A stretch of 64,000 nt of DNA from Octopus sinensis (GCF_006345805.1 NC_043021.1:8618001-8682000); one strand, 5' to 3'. Shown: positions 1 through 12,820, counted from the stretch's first letter. Translations and numbers: made by a program. Notes: generated from the letters alone by a model not told the origin.

Positions 1-370
1 GTATCAATACCGGCTGATGACAACGTGTCTCTAAAAGAAATGGAGAAACTCTCAAAATACAAAGACCTGGAAATAGAGGTAACCAGAATGTGGAATCTAA
101 AAACAGAAACAATTCCTATCATAGTAGGTGCATTAGGCATGATAAAAAAATATTCAGACAAATACATAATAAAAACACCAGGACTTACAAACACATATAA
201 CATACAGAAAATTGCACTACTAGGCACTGCACACATCCTACGCAGAACACTTTCCATAGAATAACCATCAGAGCATCACAACAAATCACAGCACATACCT
301 AAGGCACACAGAGCTGCACTCGGTAGTGAAGTGAAAGCACGCTATAAAAATAAAACTACTGAGTAATAAT
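1..370 (+). mobile_element. 3' end of R4/Dong-like non-LTR retrotransposon (restriction-like endonuclease C-terminus, 3'UTR, TAA tail)
   Basis: Frame 1 reads VSIPADDNVSLKEMEKLSKYKDLEIEVTRMWNLKTETIPIIVGALG...QKIALLGTAHILRRTL (stop at 264), matching the KE.EK..KY.DL / IPIIVGALG pattern of RLE-type LINEs; followed by a short UTR ending in taataat. Confidence 0.85.
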
Positions 371-376
371 ACTAAT

Positions 377-820
377 ATTCTGCTCAGTACCACAGATTTG
401 CTTGTCAGTTGTTTGACCATAAGCAGTTGAGCATGTCCCTTAGTGGCTGACGATATGTGCATCTCTGATCACGAGCAGAAGTAGTGGGGGAGCATCATAG
501 CCGTGTGTTGAAAGGAATTCTTGGAGGTTTGGATAATTCAACTTTGGAAACATGGGTGGTTCGTTCAACATCCTTAAACAACCCTTATTCGGAGACCTTT
601 TGAGCGGGATGGATTACTCGACCAGAAGAAAGTTCTAACTGGGCCCCACTTGCAAGGTCATGTACTGTTTACCTTGATATGAGATCACGATGTCGCGCAC
701 ATATAGCTGTGATGCATGTGCCTGGTGTACCCTTATCAGACGAGTAGTCATGATGGGTATACTGGGCTTCGTATATTTTACTCCAGTGTCACTTTGATGG
801 CATGCACTGCTCTCTCACTC
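377..820 (+). mobile_element. Family-E ~560 bp non-coding interspersed repeat embedded in (TAA)n, truncated copy
   Basis: Closely similar to 53015-53580 (same orientation) and 14788-15345 (inverted); ends ...tctctcactc followed by aataat. Orientation inferred from the TAA tail. Confidence 0.8.
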
Positions 821-840
821 AATAATAACAATAGTAGTAA

Positions 841-878
<38 letters not shown>

Positions 879-918
879 ATAATAATAATAATAATAATAA
901 TGGTTTAAAATTTTGCTA

Positions 919-1064
919 CGGGGACTTATTCTTTGTAAGCCTAGTACTTATTCTGTTGGTAACTTTTGCCGAACCGCTTAGTTGCGGGGGACATAAACAC
1001 ACCAACATCGATTGTTAAGCGATGAGACACACACAAATGTATACATACATATATATACATATAA

Positions 1065-1136
<72 letters not shown>

Positions 1137-1493
1137 GATATATACGACGGGCTTCTTTCAGTTTCCGACTACCAAATCTACTCACAAGGCTTTGGTCGGC
1201 CCGAAGCTATAGTGGAAGACACTTGCCGAACCGCTAAGTTGCGGGGACATAAACACACCAACATCGATTGTTAAGCGATGAGATACATACAAGTGTATGC
1301 ATACATACACACACACACACACATATATATAGATATATACGACGGGCTTCTTTCAGTTTCCGACTACCAAATCTACTCACAAGGCTTTGGTCGGCTCGAG
1401 GCTATAGTAGAAGACACTTGCACAAGGTGCTACGCTGTGGGACTGAACCCGGAACCATGTGGTTATGAAGTAACCTTCTTACCACACAACCTA
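919..1493 (-). mobile_element. SINE-A copy with an internal tandem duplication
   Basis: The segment gccgaaccgct(t/a)agttgcggggacataaacacaccaacatcg...gaagacacttgc occurs twice (~968-1227 and ~1226-1420). Confidence 0.85.
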
Positions 1494-1760
1494 TAAGCAT
1501 AAACGTGCACACACACGTATGTACTTTACTTCACATATCAGTTGCAGTGAATGGGTTTACTTGTTTAAAAGAAATAAGCTAACGGAGTCGATTAAATTTG
1601 TTATTGACAACGCATGTTTTACGGACATGGTATTTAGATAAGTTTGAAGAATTCCCGTAGGGAGCAACTGTCATTCGCTCTTAGTTGGCTTGCACTTGTG
1701 ATTTGTGGAAAAGCAAGAAGTTACTTTTAGCCAGATAACTTTGTAGTTGTTGCAAGTACA

Positions 1761-2178
1761 TACTCTTTTGCTCTTTTACTTGTTTCAGTCATTTGATTGC
1801 GGCCATGCTGGAGCACCGCCTTTAGTCGAGCAAATCGACCCCGGGACTTATTCTTTGTAAGCCCAGTACTTATTATATCGGTCTCTTTTTGCCGAACCGC
1901 TAAGTTACGGGCACGTAAACACACCAGCATCAGTTGTGAAGCAATGCTAGGGGGACAAAGACAGACACACAAACATACACACATATATATATATATATAT
2001 ATATACATATATACGACGGGCTTCTTTCAGTTTCCGTCTACCAAATCCACTCACAAGGCTTTGGTTGGCCCGAGGCTATAGTAGAAGACACTTGCCCAAA
2101 GTGCCACGCAGTGGGACTGAACCCGGAACCATTTGGTTGGTAAGCAAGCTACTTACCACACAGCCACTCCTGCGCCTA
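1761..2178 (-). mobile_element. SINE-A, full length (tRNA-like head, CORE-like segment, internal TA/CA microsatellite, LINE-like tail)
   Basis: Minus strand begins taggcgcaggagtggctgtgtggtaag (A-box-like), then ggttcagtccc (B-box-like) and cactttgggcaagtg (CORE-like); ends aaacaagtaaaagag. More than 20 related copies in the window. Confidence 0.9.
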
Positions 2179-2281
2179 TATTTTCGTTCCAAATTATGGA
2201 TTTTGCATGGATTTGTTTTATAAACTTTGTACTATGGATAAGGAGGATAGCATAACTAGTAATTTTCTGGATTTGGAAACA

Positions 2282-2795
2282 TTTAGTGACTGTGTACAAG
2301 TGTAATTTCAATAAAGAGTAAAATAAGAATTTTTAATACTAGCGTGAAAGCGGTGTTATTGTATGGGGCTGAGACATGGCGAACAACAGTTAAGTCAAAT
2401 AAGCAAATACAATCATTCATCAACGGATGCTTGCGTAGTATATTTAAAATTAGATGGCCCGAACACATAAGCAATATGGAGCTATGGCAAAGAACAAATC
2501 AAGTTTTGATTAGGGAGCAAATATTAAAGAAAAAGTGGAAGTGGATTTGTAGCACAAATAGAAAAGACACACCAAATGTAGCGAAAAGTGCTTTAAAGTG
2601 GAAACCGGTTGGATATAGAAGGAGAGGTAGGCCTAAGAACTCGTGGCCTCAGGGATCAATACAAAAGGAACTAGAGAAAGGGGGACATTCATAGCAGAGT
2701 ATAAGTACAGAAGTGAAAAATTATGCCATATGGAATTCAATTATAAGTGGCCTATACTCTGCATTGGGGGGGTTAAAGTCAAGAAAGAAAAAGAA
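2282..2795 (+). mobile_element. RTE-clade LINE 3' fragment (RT C-terminal region)
   Basis: ORF 2344-2694: VLLYGAETW...CLRSIFKIRWPEHISNMELWQRT...ALKWKPVGYRRRGRPKNSW, typical of the RTE post-RT region; degenerate afterwards, with an A-rich tail. Confidence 0.85.
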
Positions 2796-3359
2796 AAAAC
2801 ATATTAAACTAGGGTTGTAACGTATTTGCTGCGCAAGTAAGAAGATTTAGAAAGATAGTTAATAGGTATGGTTTACTGGTAGATTAGATGTTACTAATAA
2901 TCTTACAAGAAGTATGACTGGGTAAGATTATAAAGCAAAAAGGATTAATTAACTAAATTAATTATAGCCTAAATTTACACAATGATACATAAAGTGCGGT
3001 GTTGTTTCAATCTTACAATTAAGCTGTAAATTGGATGCTTAACATTGACAACTCATTATTGATTGCTGGGGTTAATGAGATTAGTTAAAAGTTATATGCT
3101 TGAGTCGTATAAAACGTTACCCAAGGGGTCATCTCTCTTTCTCTGTCTCTCTCATTTGCTATTGATGATTTCTTCCGCATTGTGCCTTATTTTCATCCGC
3201 GAGTTCCACTTCGAAGACTAATCGTTCTTTAACACATAAAAACTCGTACAGGTCAGACAGAAGAAAATTGTCTCTCTGGTGGTGTAATTTACAACTGAAC
3301 CGTAGTCATTAGTTTCTTTGTTTGTTTGATACTTTAGTGTATGGTGTAAAATATGTTTC

Positions 3360-3663
3360 TTATTTCTTTATTGCCAACAAGGGGCTAAAGATAGAGAGGA
3401 CAAACAAGGACAAAGAGATTAAGTCGATTACATCGACCCCAGTGCGTAACTGGTACCTAATTTATCGACCCCGAAAGGATGAAAGGCAAAGTCGACCTCG
3501 GCGGAATTTGAACTCAGAACGTAAAGGCAGACGAAATACCTATTTCTTTACTACCCACAAGGGGCTAAACACAGAGAGGACAAACAAGGACAGACGTAGC
3601 GGCAGACGAAATACCGGTTAGCATTTCGCGCAGCGTGCTAGCGCTTCTGCCAGCTTGCCGCCT
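3360..3663 (-). mobile_element. SINE-B with 18-bp target-site duplication
   Basis: Head ggcggcaagctggcagaa, B-box gagttcaaattcc, central gcctttcatcctttcggggtcgataaa; TSD tggtgtaaaatatgtttc at 3342-3359 and 3664-3681. Confidence 0.9.
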
Positions 3664-3899
3664 TGGTGTAAAATATGTTTCCGTTCTCTCTTTAAAGCCT
3701 GCTTGTCATTCCAGTTCTGCTGAATTTCTTTTAGTTATCTCACGTTGTACGGTCTCTTCTGCTATATATTGGTTTCTTGAAATAAAATGTAGAGATTAGA
3801 TATAATTTTATCATAATCTCATGGTGAGTTGTAAATAGTTACAGTTTAACTAGGCCGGCAGATTTTAAGCACACGCACGTATAAAATATTTAACATATT

Positions 3900-4115
3900 A
3901 GTTTCAGATCTTAGCACGGGGCCGGCAATTTTGGATGAAGTGGGTAAGTCGATTACATCGATCCCACTACTCAACTGGTACTTATTTTATCGATCTCAAA
4001 AGGATGGAAGGCAAAATCGACCTCGGCAGAATTTGAACCCAGAACATAAAGACGGACAAAATGCCGCTCAGCATTTTCTCCGGAGTGCTAACCGTTCTGC
4101 CTACTCGCCGCCTTC
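3900..4115 (-). mobile_element. SINE-B, older diverged copy
   Basis: Diverged match to the SINE-B head and central domain. Confidence 0.75.
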
Positions 4116-4155
4116 GAACATATATAATATATAAAACTACTTTCTTTTGAAACTA

Positions 4156-4721
4156 TTGGGCTGTCCGGAAAGTTCGTGCCGATTTATAGTAGCTTACCTA
4201 CAGACTTATTTTAGAACATGGTTGAGTCCATAAAATAGAATTTGACTACACCTCCATTCAGAGCACAGTTTAAGCTATCTTTTCATGGAAGAAGGTTTAT
4301 ATTCCTATAACCTGTGTTAATTCTGTAACCCTTCAAAATGGAAGATAAGAAAGTTCATTTTCGGCACTTGATGCTTTGGGAACCAGACAAAAATTGCTGC
4401 AGCTCAGCTGAGGTGTGTTACCCCACCCTCCATATTCACCAGACATTGCTCCTTCGGATTTTCACTAATTCAGGTCTCTGCAGAATAGTCTTAATGGTAA
4501 AAATTTCAATTCCTTGGATGACGTTAAAAGATACCTTGATGAATTCTTTGCCATGAAACCACCTCAATTCTGGGAAGAGGGTATTTTCAAGTTAAAGGAA
4601 AGATGGAGACGCATTGTGCAACAAAATGGTTCATATTTGATTGATTAAAAATGTAATGGCAAGTATTTATTGACCTTTTTCTTTCCTTTAAAAATCGACA
4701 CGAACTTTCCGGACAACCCAA
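4156..4721 (+). mobile_element. Internally deleted non-autonomous mariner element
   Basis: TIRs ttgggctgtccggaaagttcgtgccgattt / aaatcgacacgaactttccggacaacccaa with TA on both sides; interior fuses N-terminal MEDKKVHFRH to C-terminal HPPYSPDIAPSDFH...KLKERWRRIVQQNGSY. Confidence 0.93.
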
Positions 4722-5907
4722 TATTATCGTCCTTCTAATATATGCACATGTACAAATATATAGATTCAATTTTGGTTAGGAACTTTGTATTTTGTTTTAT
4801 AAAGCTTGTCCGCGGGTACCGGCTACCAAGTGCAACTTTGTAACATTAAATGATCGTATTACAGGCGATACATCCGGAAATCCATTAATATTCGTAGAGT
4901 ATATATATGAGTGTGGTAGTGTGTGTATGCGTGTGTAGCTCTGTGTGTGTGTGGGGGGGGCTCCGTGTGTGTGTGGAGGGACTGTGTGTGTGTGTAGGGA
5001 CTGTGTGTGAGTGTGTATGTGGTTGTGTGTATAGAGACACATACACACAAACACACATACTCACAAACACACACACACAGAATGAAACTATGTACTTTAA
5101 TTTTGTTTGAAAGTATTTTCCCTTAAACGTTCGCCAATTTGTTTTGTTAGCGATTGATTGATTGTGGTCGACTCTTGCCATTTATGCACGTGATACTCCA
5201 ATTTTAAACCCGTTATTTATAACACTTAATTCAATTCTCTGACACCTATTCGGTTGTATGACCCCTCCCCCATACTCCCCACCTATTTAAATGGCGCTTC
5301 GTCTTCAATCATATATAAAAATCTATAAGAAAAAAAAAAACAAGCGTTATAGTAATTGTGTGTGCGCTTGTCTGCACACGCATGCGCGCGCGCGTGTGTG
5401 TGTGTGTGTGTGGATGTATGTGTATGTGCGTGAGTGTGTGCATAGATGCGCTAGTACATATTTGTATTAGAACACGCGTATGTGTGTGTGTGAGCTCCTT
5501 TCATTTAAAATCAACACTATTTGTTTTACGTTCAAGTCGTTCATTTTCTTTTCGACAATAAACTATGAAATACAGTTAAAATGTATTTCTCGCAAAATTT
5601 ACGGGAACTTCTCGCTGATTTATTTTGATCAAGGGAAACTGTTACTCTCGCTACAGGCGACAGTAATTAGAATTCTTACACTTTCCTTCTCTTAACATCT
5701 TCGACTGTCTCTCACCTACTGTCTGTTTGCTGTTTGAGTTTCCCCTGTACAAGTATGATAGCAAACATTGTACATGTACGTGTTATATGCATGTATGTGT
5801 GTGTTTGTGTGTGTGTGTGTGTGTCTGTGTGTATGTCTATGTGCCAACGCGTGTGAAATTAAAGTAAATATACTATGTGCGTCTACATGCATATATACAT
5901 ACATACA

Positions 5908-5939
<32 letters not shown>

Positions 5940-6075
5940 GTTGAAATTTACAAAAGAAACAGACGAAGACAGGTGTATAAACAACAAACAGGTGTATTAG
6001 TTTAACGCTCGCGAAGTGAGAAAGTCTTTTACGTTTCGAGCCTATGCTCTTCAGCAGAAAGGAACACGAGTAAAG
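5940..6075 (-). mobile_element. Penelope-like terminal-repeat fragment with minimal hammerhead motif (6025-6062)
   Basis: Minus strand ccttt-CTGCTGA-A-GAGC-atag-GCTC-GAAACGTA-aaaga; related copies at 35235-35432 and 51540-51645; flanked by microsatellites. Confidence 0.65.
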
Positions 6076-6106
6076 ATATGTGTGTGTGTTTGTGTGCATA
6101 TATGTT

Positions 6107-6149
<43 letters not shown>

Positions 6150-6251
6150 GTACACGTGTATACATATATATGTATGCACACACTAAAAATTTGTTTAAAC
6201 ATGTGTTTGCATATGTATGTATGCATGCATGTTTGTATGTATGCATGTATG

Positions 6252-6293
<42 letters not shown>

Positions 6294-6510
6294 TATACGT
6301 GTGTCAGTGCTGCAACTAGTCTCCAGCTTTACACTAAACGCAAGAACAGATCTGAGGAAAACAAATATACACAAATCAGTAATTCTGACTATCATTGTTT
6401 GCAGCTACGAAACATTATATGCGTAGTGAAAACGTCCAGTGATAATGGTTAAGTCTTTTAGTGTGTTGGTCATGTGAAATTATGCATTGTTTTATTCAAA
6501 TGTGATCATG

Positions 6511-6920
6511 TAGGCGCAGGAGTGGCTGTGTGGTAAGTAGCTTGCTTACCAACCACATGGTTCCGGGTTCAGTCCCACTGCGTGGCACTTGGGCAAGTGT
6601 TTTCTACTATAGCCTCGGGCCGACTAAAGCCTTGTGAGTGGATTTGGTAGACGGAAACTGAAAAGAAGCCCGTCGTATATATGTATATATATATCTATGC
6701 ATGTGTGTGTTTGTGCGTCTGTGTTTGTCACCCTAGCATTGCTTGACAACCGATGCTGGTGTGTTTATGTCCCCGTTACTTAGCGGTTCGGCAAAAGAGA
6801 CCGATAGAATAAGTACTGGGCTTACAAGAGAATAAGTCCCGGGGTCGAGTTGCTCGATTAAAGGCGGTGCTCCAGCATGGCCGCAGTCAAATGACTGAAA
6901 CAAGTAAAAGAGTAAAAGAG
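6511..6920 (+). mobile_element. SINE-A, full length
   Basis: taggcgcaggagtggctgtg ... cagtcaaatgactgaaacaagtaaaagagtaaaagag. Confidence 0.92.
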
Positions 6921-6999
6921 TATATAATTTAAAAGATTACATTTTAAAACGGATAGGCTGCAATACTGACATAAAATAGCAATATAATGAATCTTAAAT

Positions 7000-8450
7000 A
7001 TAATAAAGGATATGAAAAAAAAAGACGTATTTGTTATACTACGAACACTACAAAATCTAAAGTTAAAGCCAGAAGTTAATGAAAAGTACAGCAGCTGCGC
7101 TGGATCTTTGAAGTTGGATGTTACTGAGAGCAACTTTAGGCTTATAGGAGGAAGAATAAAGCTCATCTGCAGGAGATGCCGAGCAGTAAATGGTCTCTGA
7201 CAGAAAAAAGATTTACTTCCTTGAACTGGAAAAATAATTGCCTGGCAAGAAAAAAAGAGGGTCATTGTAACAGCCCTGCATGTAAAGTTACAAGGAAAGA
7301 AATTGTCATCCGATGAAAAATATGATATTTGTCAATCTTATAAGTTTCCAGGTGGGTGGTGCCAGAAATTTTTCAGAAAGAAATCATTAGCTCTTTATCA
7401 GAAATCGAAAATTTCAGAGAAGTTCCTCTTTGATTTGGCTCATAAGATTATACAGTTTCATAGGTTTTATTATAAAACGGAGAAAGTAGCATAATTGAAC
7501 TGTTTCGTATTGGAAACCTGTTGAGGCATTCATATTTTTCTTTTTACCTGACTGCGAACGGAACACTGGATAAAGTAGGAAGTAAAATTGTCTCCGTTAA
7601 AACAAGACATGGGAAACGTTTTATGGCATTTTTCTTATTGGAAAGGGGAAAAAAAATCCTTTTCAATGAAAGCAAGTTTTACATTTTATTGAAAAAATAT
7701 TTTGCTTGTTCGTTAGCTGGTGAATCTAAATAAATCCTATAGCTGTTAGCAAAAATCTTACAGTGCTGATGTAGGAATAGTTTAGAGTTCATCTAAGCCA
7801 ACGAAACTTTGAAATATATCGAAGCCCATCGAGCACTGGTCAAAGTACATCCTATGTGTTTTGCCTGGTTGTCTTCAGTCACCAGATGTTCCTTTGGACA
7901 GGCTATTTGAGGTTGGAATAAGGAAGTATATGAAACCATGGGTATAATCTAATGAAGTGGAAGATACAGCAGCAGCTAATCTAAAAACAAAAAAGAAATC
8001 TTGACCTTGCTATGATACCTGGATTAAAATAGCTACGAATGCTTCAACTTGATCGTATGTTTTCTAAGAGCGTTTGAAAGTAATATATTAAATGGGACAA
8101 ATGATAAACTTGTCTGCATTGATCACGAGGAAACTACAGTCGCTACTGAAGAAGATCGTGAAAAGATCTGCTGGGACTTTGATGAAAATCTCTGTCAAGA
8201 GTATAGCTGGAGATATTTGGAAAATCTAACAGTAAATCAGACTTAAGTGGTTGTTAAATGATAAGCTCATTTGATGGACATTAGCTATTTTAAAACTTGT
8301 GGTAAAAGCTTCACTTCGTACACAAATCATAACAGTTTTTTGTGTTCCCCTCTATGTGTTCTAAAATTTGCACAAATCTTGCATTGGTCCCTTAAAAATA
8401 TAAATAATTATTGCTGTAGTCAGGAGTTGTATTATATAAGAGGATAATAC
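7000..8450 (+). pseudogene. Highly degenerate pogo-type (POGK-like) DNA transposon
   Basis: Broken peptides in order: LKLKPEVNEKYSSCAGSLKLDVTESNFRL (Brinker-like HTH), GGWCQKFFRKKSLAL (CENP-B-type HTH), NGTLDKVGSKIVSVKT, SNILNGTNDK; many stops and frameshifts. Confidence 0.6.
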
Positions 8451-8504
8451 AAAAAAGCATACATACATACATACATACATACATACATACATACATACAT
8501 ACAT

Positions 8505-8551
<47 letters not shown>

Positions 8552-8554
<3 letters not shown>

Positions 8555-8627
8555 GGTCCCAGGTTGTGACAGGAATGTTTCAACTGTGGAAACACTTTTG
8601 AAACATTCCTGTCAACCTGGGACCTTG
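8552..8627. repeat. 76-nt hairpin (about 30-bp stem)
   Basis: caaggtcccaggttgtgacaggaatgtttcaa pairs with ttgaaacattcctgtcaacctgggaccttg apart from one 2-nt bulge; 14-nt loop. Confidence 0.85.
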
Positions 8628-8885
8628 AAGACTGCTTAAATGCAAGTAAGTATACTAGTCCCTTAATATTTGATATTCAATATTTCATCTATTCAATAAG
8701 ACAATACTTCATTTCATTTTACTATATATACTATTTATACTATATATTCTATATTCTACATTAATATTATAAAGAATATAAACAAAACATAAAAAACAGA
8801 CAGAGTTGGAATTCCTTTGAATAATATATATCCCTGTATACACAATTATACAACCCCCTTTATATATATATAAAAGGCAACGTTG

Positions 8886-9809
8886 ACACACACACACGGA
8901 TACACATACACACACACACACACACGGATACACATATATACACACATGCACACATTAGATCTGAAGACAACTTACAATATATAATGCAAGGATGGACTTA
9001 TTATGAAGAACATTTAACATTTTAGGTGCACGTGACTTACTTGCTCCGTATACCCGGGGTATACGTCTCTCTCTAGTTATTGAACTGGGCGGCATATGTA
9101 CTCATAAAATATAAAACCTCTTGATGTTTATTGTACAGAGGAACATTGCTAGCCTAACAAACGCAGCATATATGCCTCTTCGTGCTTTAGCAAAGGTCGA
9201 CTAGTACCGTCTAATACACCCGCCGGAATACACCCCTTTTGATGTTTATTAGACCGCGGGTAGAGCTCACCTAGCGCAGCCAAAATATCAACCTCTTGCT
9301 GTTTATTGTACAGAGTAGCATAGATATATATATATACACCTGGTTTTGTAAGCACCAAGAGGCGTATATGCTGCGTGTATTGGGCCAGCTATGCTACTCT
9401 GTACAATAAACAGCAAGAGGTTGATATTTTGGCTGCGCTAGGTGAGCTCTACCCGCGGTCTAATAAACATCAAAAGGGGTGTATTCCGGCGGGTGTATTA
9501 GACGGTACTAGTCGACCTTTGCTAAAGCACGAAGAGGCATATATGCTGCGTTTGTTAGGCTAGCAATGTTCCTCTGTACAATAAACATCAAGAGGTTTTA
9601 TATTTTATGAGTACATATGCCGCCCAGTTCAATAACTAGAGAGAGACGTATACCCCGGGTATACGGAGCAAGTAAGTCACGTGCACCTAAAATGTTAAAT
9701 GTTCTTCATAATAAGTCCATCCTTGCATTATATATTGTAAGTTGTCTTCAGATCTAATGTGTGCATGTGTGTGTATATGTGTATCCGTGTGTGTGTGTGT
9801 GTATGTGTA

Positions 9810-9826
<17 letters not shown>
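8886..9826. repeat. Long near-perfect inverted repeat (arms ~435 bp, 65-bp spacer)
   Basis: ~8947-9323 is the ungapped reverse complement of 9389-~9765; ORFs 9149-9358(-) and 9375-9563(+) share the same peptide. Arms differ only in the flanking CA/TG tracts. Confidence 0.95.
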
Positions 9827-9840
<14 letters not shown>

Positions 9841-9939
9841 TCATATCATGTATCGAAATAGTTTAAAGTTTCTATGCATGTACTTATTCCATATCTCTAG
9901 TTTCAGCTACAGCTGTACACGCCATGACAATAACCAAGC

Positions 9940-9951
9940 AACACAAACAAA

Positions 9952-9987
<36 letters not shown>

Positions 9988-10231
9988 AACACACTAACAC
10001 ACACACACACACACCACACACACACTAACACAACACACACACACACACACACACTAACACACTAACACACACACACACACACACATACGCACACACACAC
10101 ACATACATACACACACACACACACTCTCTCTCTCTCATACGCACACTCACACATTGATTCACACATGCACATACTAATACATTCACACATAGAAACATAT
10201 GCACAAACAGAAACACAAACTCACATGTTGA

Positions 10232-10268
<37 letters not shown>

Positions 10269-10535
10269 ATATATGTGTATGTATTCGTGTGTTCGTGTAT
10301 GAGTTCGTGTGTGTGTTCATGTGCGTATGCATGTGTGTGCGTGCGCGTGAGTGTGTGTGTGAGTTTGTGTGTGTGTTTGTGTCTATGAATGTAAGCATGT
10401 GTATGTACACGCACACGCACACATATACATGATCATACAAACACACATACACACACACACATATACACACACACATATACACACACACACATACACAAAC
10501 ACACTCACACAGACACACAGACACACACACACACA
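9940..10535. repeat. Compound (CA)n/(TG)n microsatellite region
   Basis: Directly visible. Confidence 0.9.
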
Positions 10536-10877
10536 TGCTATGGTTGCAGCGAAAATATTGCGAAAGTGAGTAAAAAACTCATATAAACTGGGATTGGTCG
10601 ATGAAATTCTGAATGTCGCTGAAGTAACTCTTCTTCTCTGATAATTCTTCTTCCTGTTTTTATTTCTTCCTTTCTGCAAGAAAATAATGGGTTCGAAATA
10701 GAAGCAAGATGCATCATTGAGTTGTAGACGAAGGGGAAAGCAAGCTGTCCGAATTCCTTAGAAATCCAAGTGGAGGCACATGGCCTAGTGGTGAAAGGCA
10801 ACGTTGATCTTCAACTCAGAGAATATAGCCCCTGAACAAATAATGTATGACTTTCTACACGACACACCACCAATTTG

Positions 10878-11178
10878 TGGAGGCACATGGCCTAGTGGTT
10901 AGAGCAGCGGACTCGCGGTCGAGGGATCGCCGGTTCGAATCTCAGACCGGGCGATGTGTGTGTTTATGAGCGAAACACCTAAGCTCCACGCGGCTCCGGC
11001 AGAAGACAATGGCGAAACTTCTACTGACTCTTTCGCCACAATTTTCTCTCACTCTTTCCTCCTACATCTTGTAGCTCACCTGCGACGGACCGGCGTCCCG
11101 TCCATATAGGGAACCTATACGCCAAGGAAACCGGGAAACCGGCCCTTATGAGCCAGGCGTGGCTCGAGAAGGAACAAG
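10878..11178 (+). mobile_element. SINE-C (tRNA-derived)
   Basis: gtggaggcacatggcctagtggttagagc (A box) ... ggttcgaatctc (B box); body related to minus-strand copies at 52560-52955, 54525-54817, 59320-59585 and 63170-63541. Confidence 0.85.
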
Positions 11179-11184
11179 CTTAGA

Positions 11185-11730
11185 AATCTAAACGTCGTTG
11201 AAGGTGATAATACTACCGACAAGAGCAACGCGCGTAGTTGGAAGAAGTTTAAAGAAGAAGAAACCATCGTAGAAGACAAATCTCGCAGTGGATCATCAGT
11301 TGTGGCCGCTGACATGAATCGCCAGTGATTGACAAATCGATTTGAAAAGACAGGCAAGTTACAACCCGCGAGTTTGTAACACAAATGGATTGCGGCCACA
11401 ATGCATTACAGAAGATAAAGATTTTTTTTCGTAAAGTTTTATGCAAAATGGATGCCTCGGCAGTTGTCCGCTGTTTGAAGCGATTGAAGCCAATGACGGA
11501 ACTATTTCTTTTTCTTTTTTACTGATGTGATAACAGGAGATGAAAGGTGAACATATCTTTATGATCTGGAAAATGAAAGATCAATTCAAGAAATGGCGGG
11601 TCACCTCTTCTCCAATGACGCAGAAAGTTATGATGACTTTTCTGAGTCGGTTAACAAGTGCAACTGGAATGCGGTGGCCCATTACAATGAGACACTCGAA
11701 AAGCTTAGAGAAATGAGTAAGAGGAGGACA
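11185..11730 (+). pseudogene. Degenerate mariner transposase fragment
   Basis: Frameshifted FRKV..KWMPRQL and ITGDER*TYLYDLEN motifs, corresponding to the mariner WVPxxL and TGDExW signatures. Confidence 0.65.
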
Positions 11731-11839
11731 AGGAGGAGGAAACTAGCTTAATGATAACGAAGTTATTTTACTAAATTCTTTGTTATATTTAAAATTAATT
11801 GAAAAAAAAAAACGCTGAATGTCTCAACAGAAATATAGT

Positions 11840-12170
11840 ACCAAATGGGTCCTGTCGAGATCAATTTCAACTTTTAATCCTCCCTGGGCCAACAAAATAA
11901 AGTACCGGTCAAGTCAAGTACTGGGGTCGATTTACTCGACTAAATTCCACCCCTTGATATTGGCTGACATTGAGCCTAAATTGGAAGAAACCATTATTAC
12001 TATTGGCAGAATTACAGAGGTCCTTTCCGTCGAGGTCGATTTTACTTTTCATCCTTTCGGGGTCGATAAATTAAGTACCAGTTGCGTATTGGGGTCGATC
12101 AAATTGACTGGCCCCCTCCCCCAAAATTCGGGCCTTGTGCCTAGAGTAGAAAAGAATTACAGAGCTCCTG
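11840..12170 (+). mobile_element. SINE-B partial copies
   Basis: gaggtcgattttacttttcatcctttcggggtcgataaattaagtaccagttgcgtattggggtcgat. Confidence 0.75.
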
Positions 12171-12236
12171 CGTAGTTCCGTCCTTTACATTCCGTCCAGC
12201 TGGAGCAGACAATTTATCTTTTTCTCGAGGTAGTCC

Positions 12237-12570
12237 TTGTCGTCGTCGTCATCATCATCATCATCGTCTTCATTGATCACTATCACCACCATCATCATCA
12301 CCACTATGAGCTATACCATCACCATTACCGCCACCATAAACACCTCCACCAACACTATGCCGCCAGAATCATCACAACCGCCATCACTACCACTATCAAC
12401 ATTATCATCACCATCATCACCAGCATCATAACATCACTGTCACCACTCCCCTATCACAACCATCATTAACGCCACTACGATCAACGTCATCACATTAACA
12501 CCAACTACCACCACCACTACTAGTACTACCACCACCACCACCACCACCACCACCACCACCATCATCATTA
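12237..12570. repeat. (CAT/CAC)n low-complexity tract
   Basis: Directly visible. Confidence 0.85.
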
Positions 12571-12596
12571 ATGTATTCTTAAAATATATTCAAATA

Positions 12597-12771
12597 CAGG
12601 CGAAGTCATGCCTGTGTGGTAAGAAGCTTGCTCCCTAACCACCTGGTTCTGGGTTCAGTACCACTGCGTGGCACTTTGAGCAAGTGTCTTCCATTATAGC
12701 CTCGGGCTGACCAAGGTCTTCTGAAAGGATTTGGTTGACGGAAACTAAAAGAAGACCGTCGTACATATATA

Positions 12772-12820
<49 letters not shown>

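Noticed and set aside
9149-9563. Two ORFs with an identical peptide suggesting duplicated genes
   Set aside because: A consequence of the palindrome; non-ATG starts and no recognisable domain.
10878-10950. Possible tRNA gene (also ~29105-29178 and ~32886-32959)
   Set aside because: No complete acceptor stem, and each runs into a repeat body; these are SINE heads.
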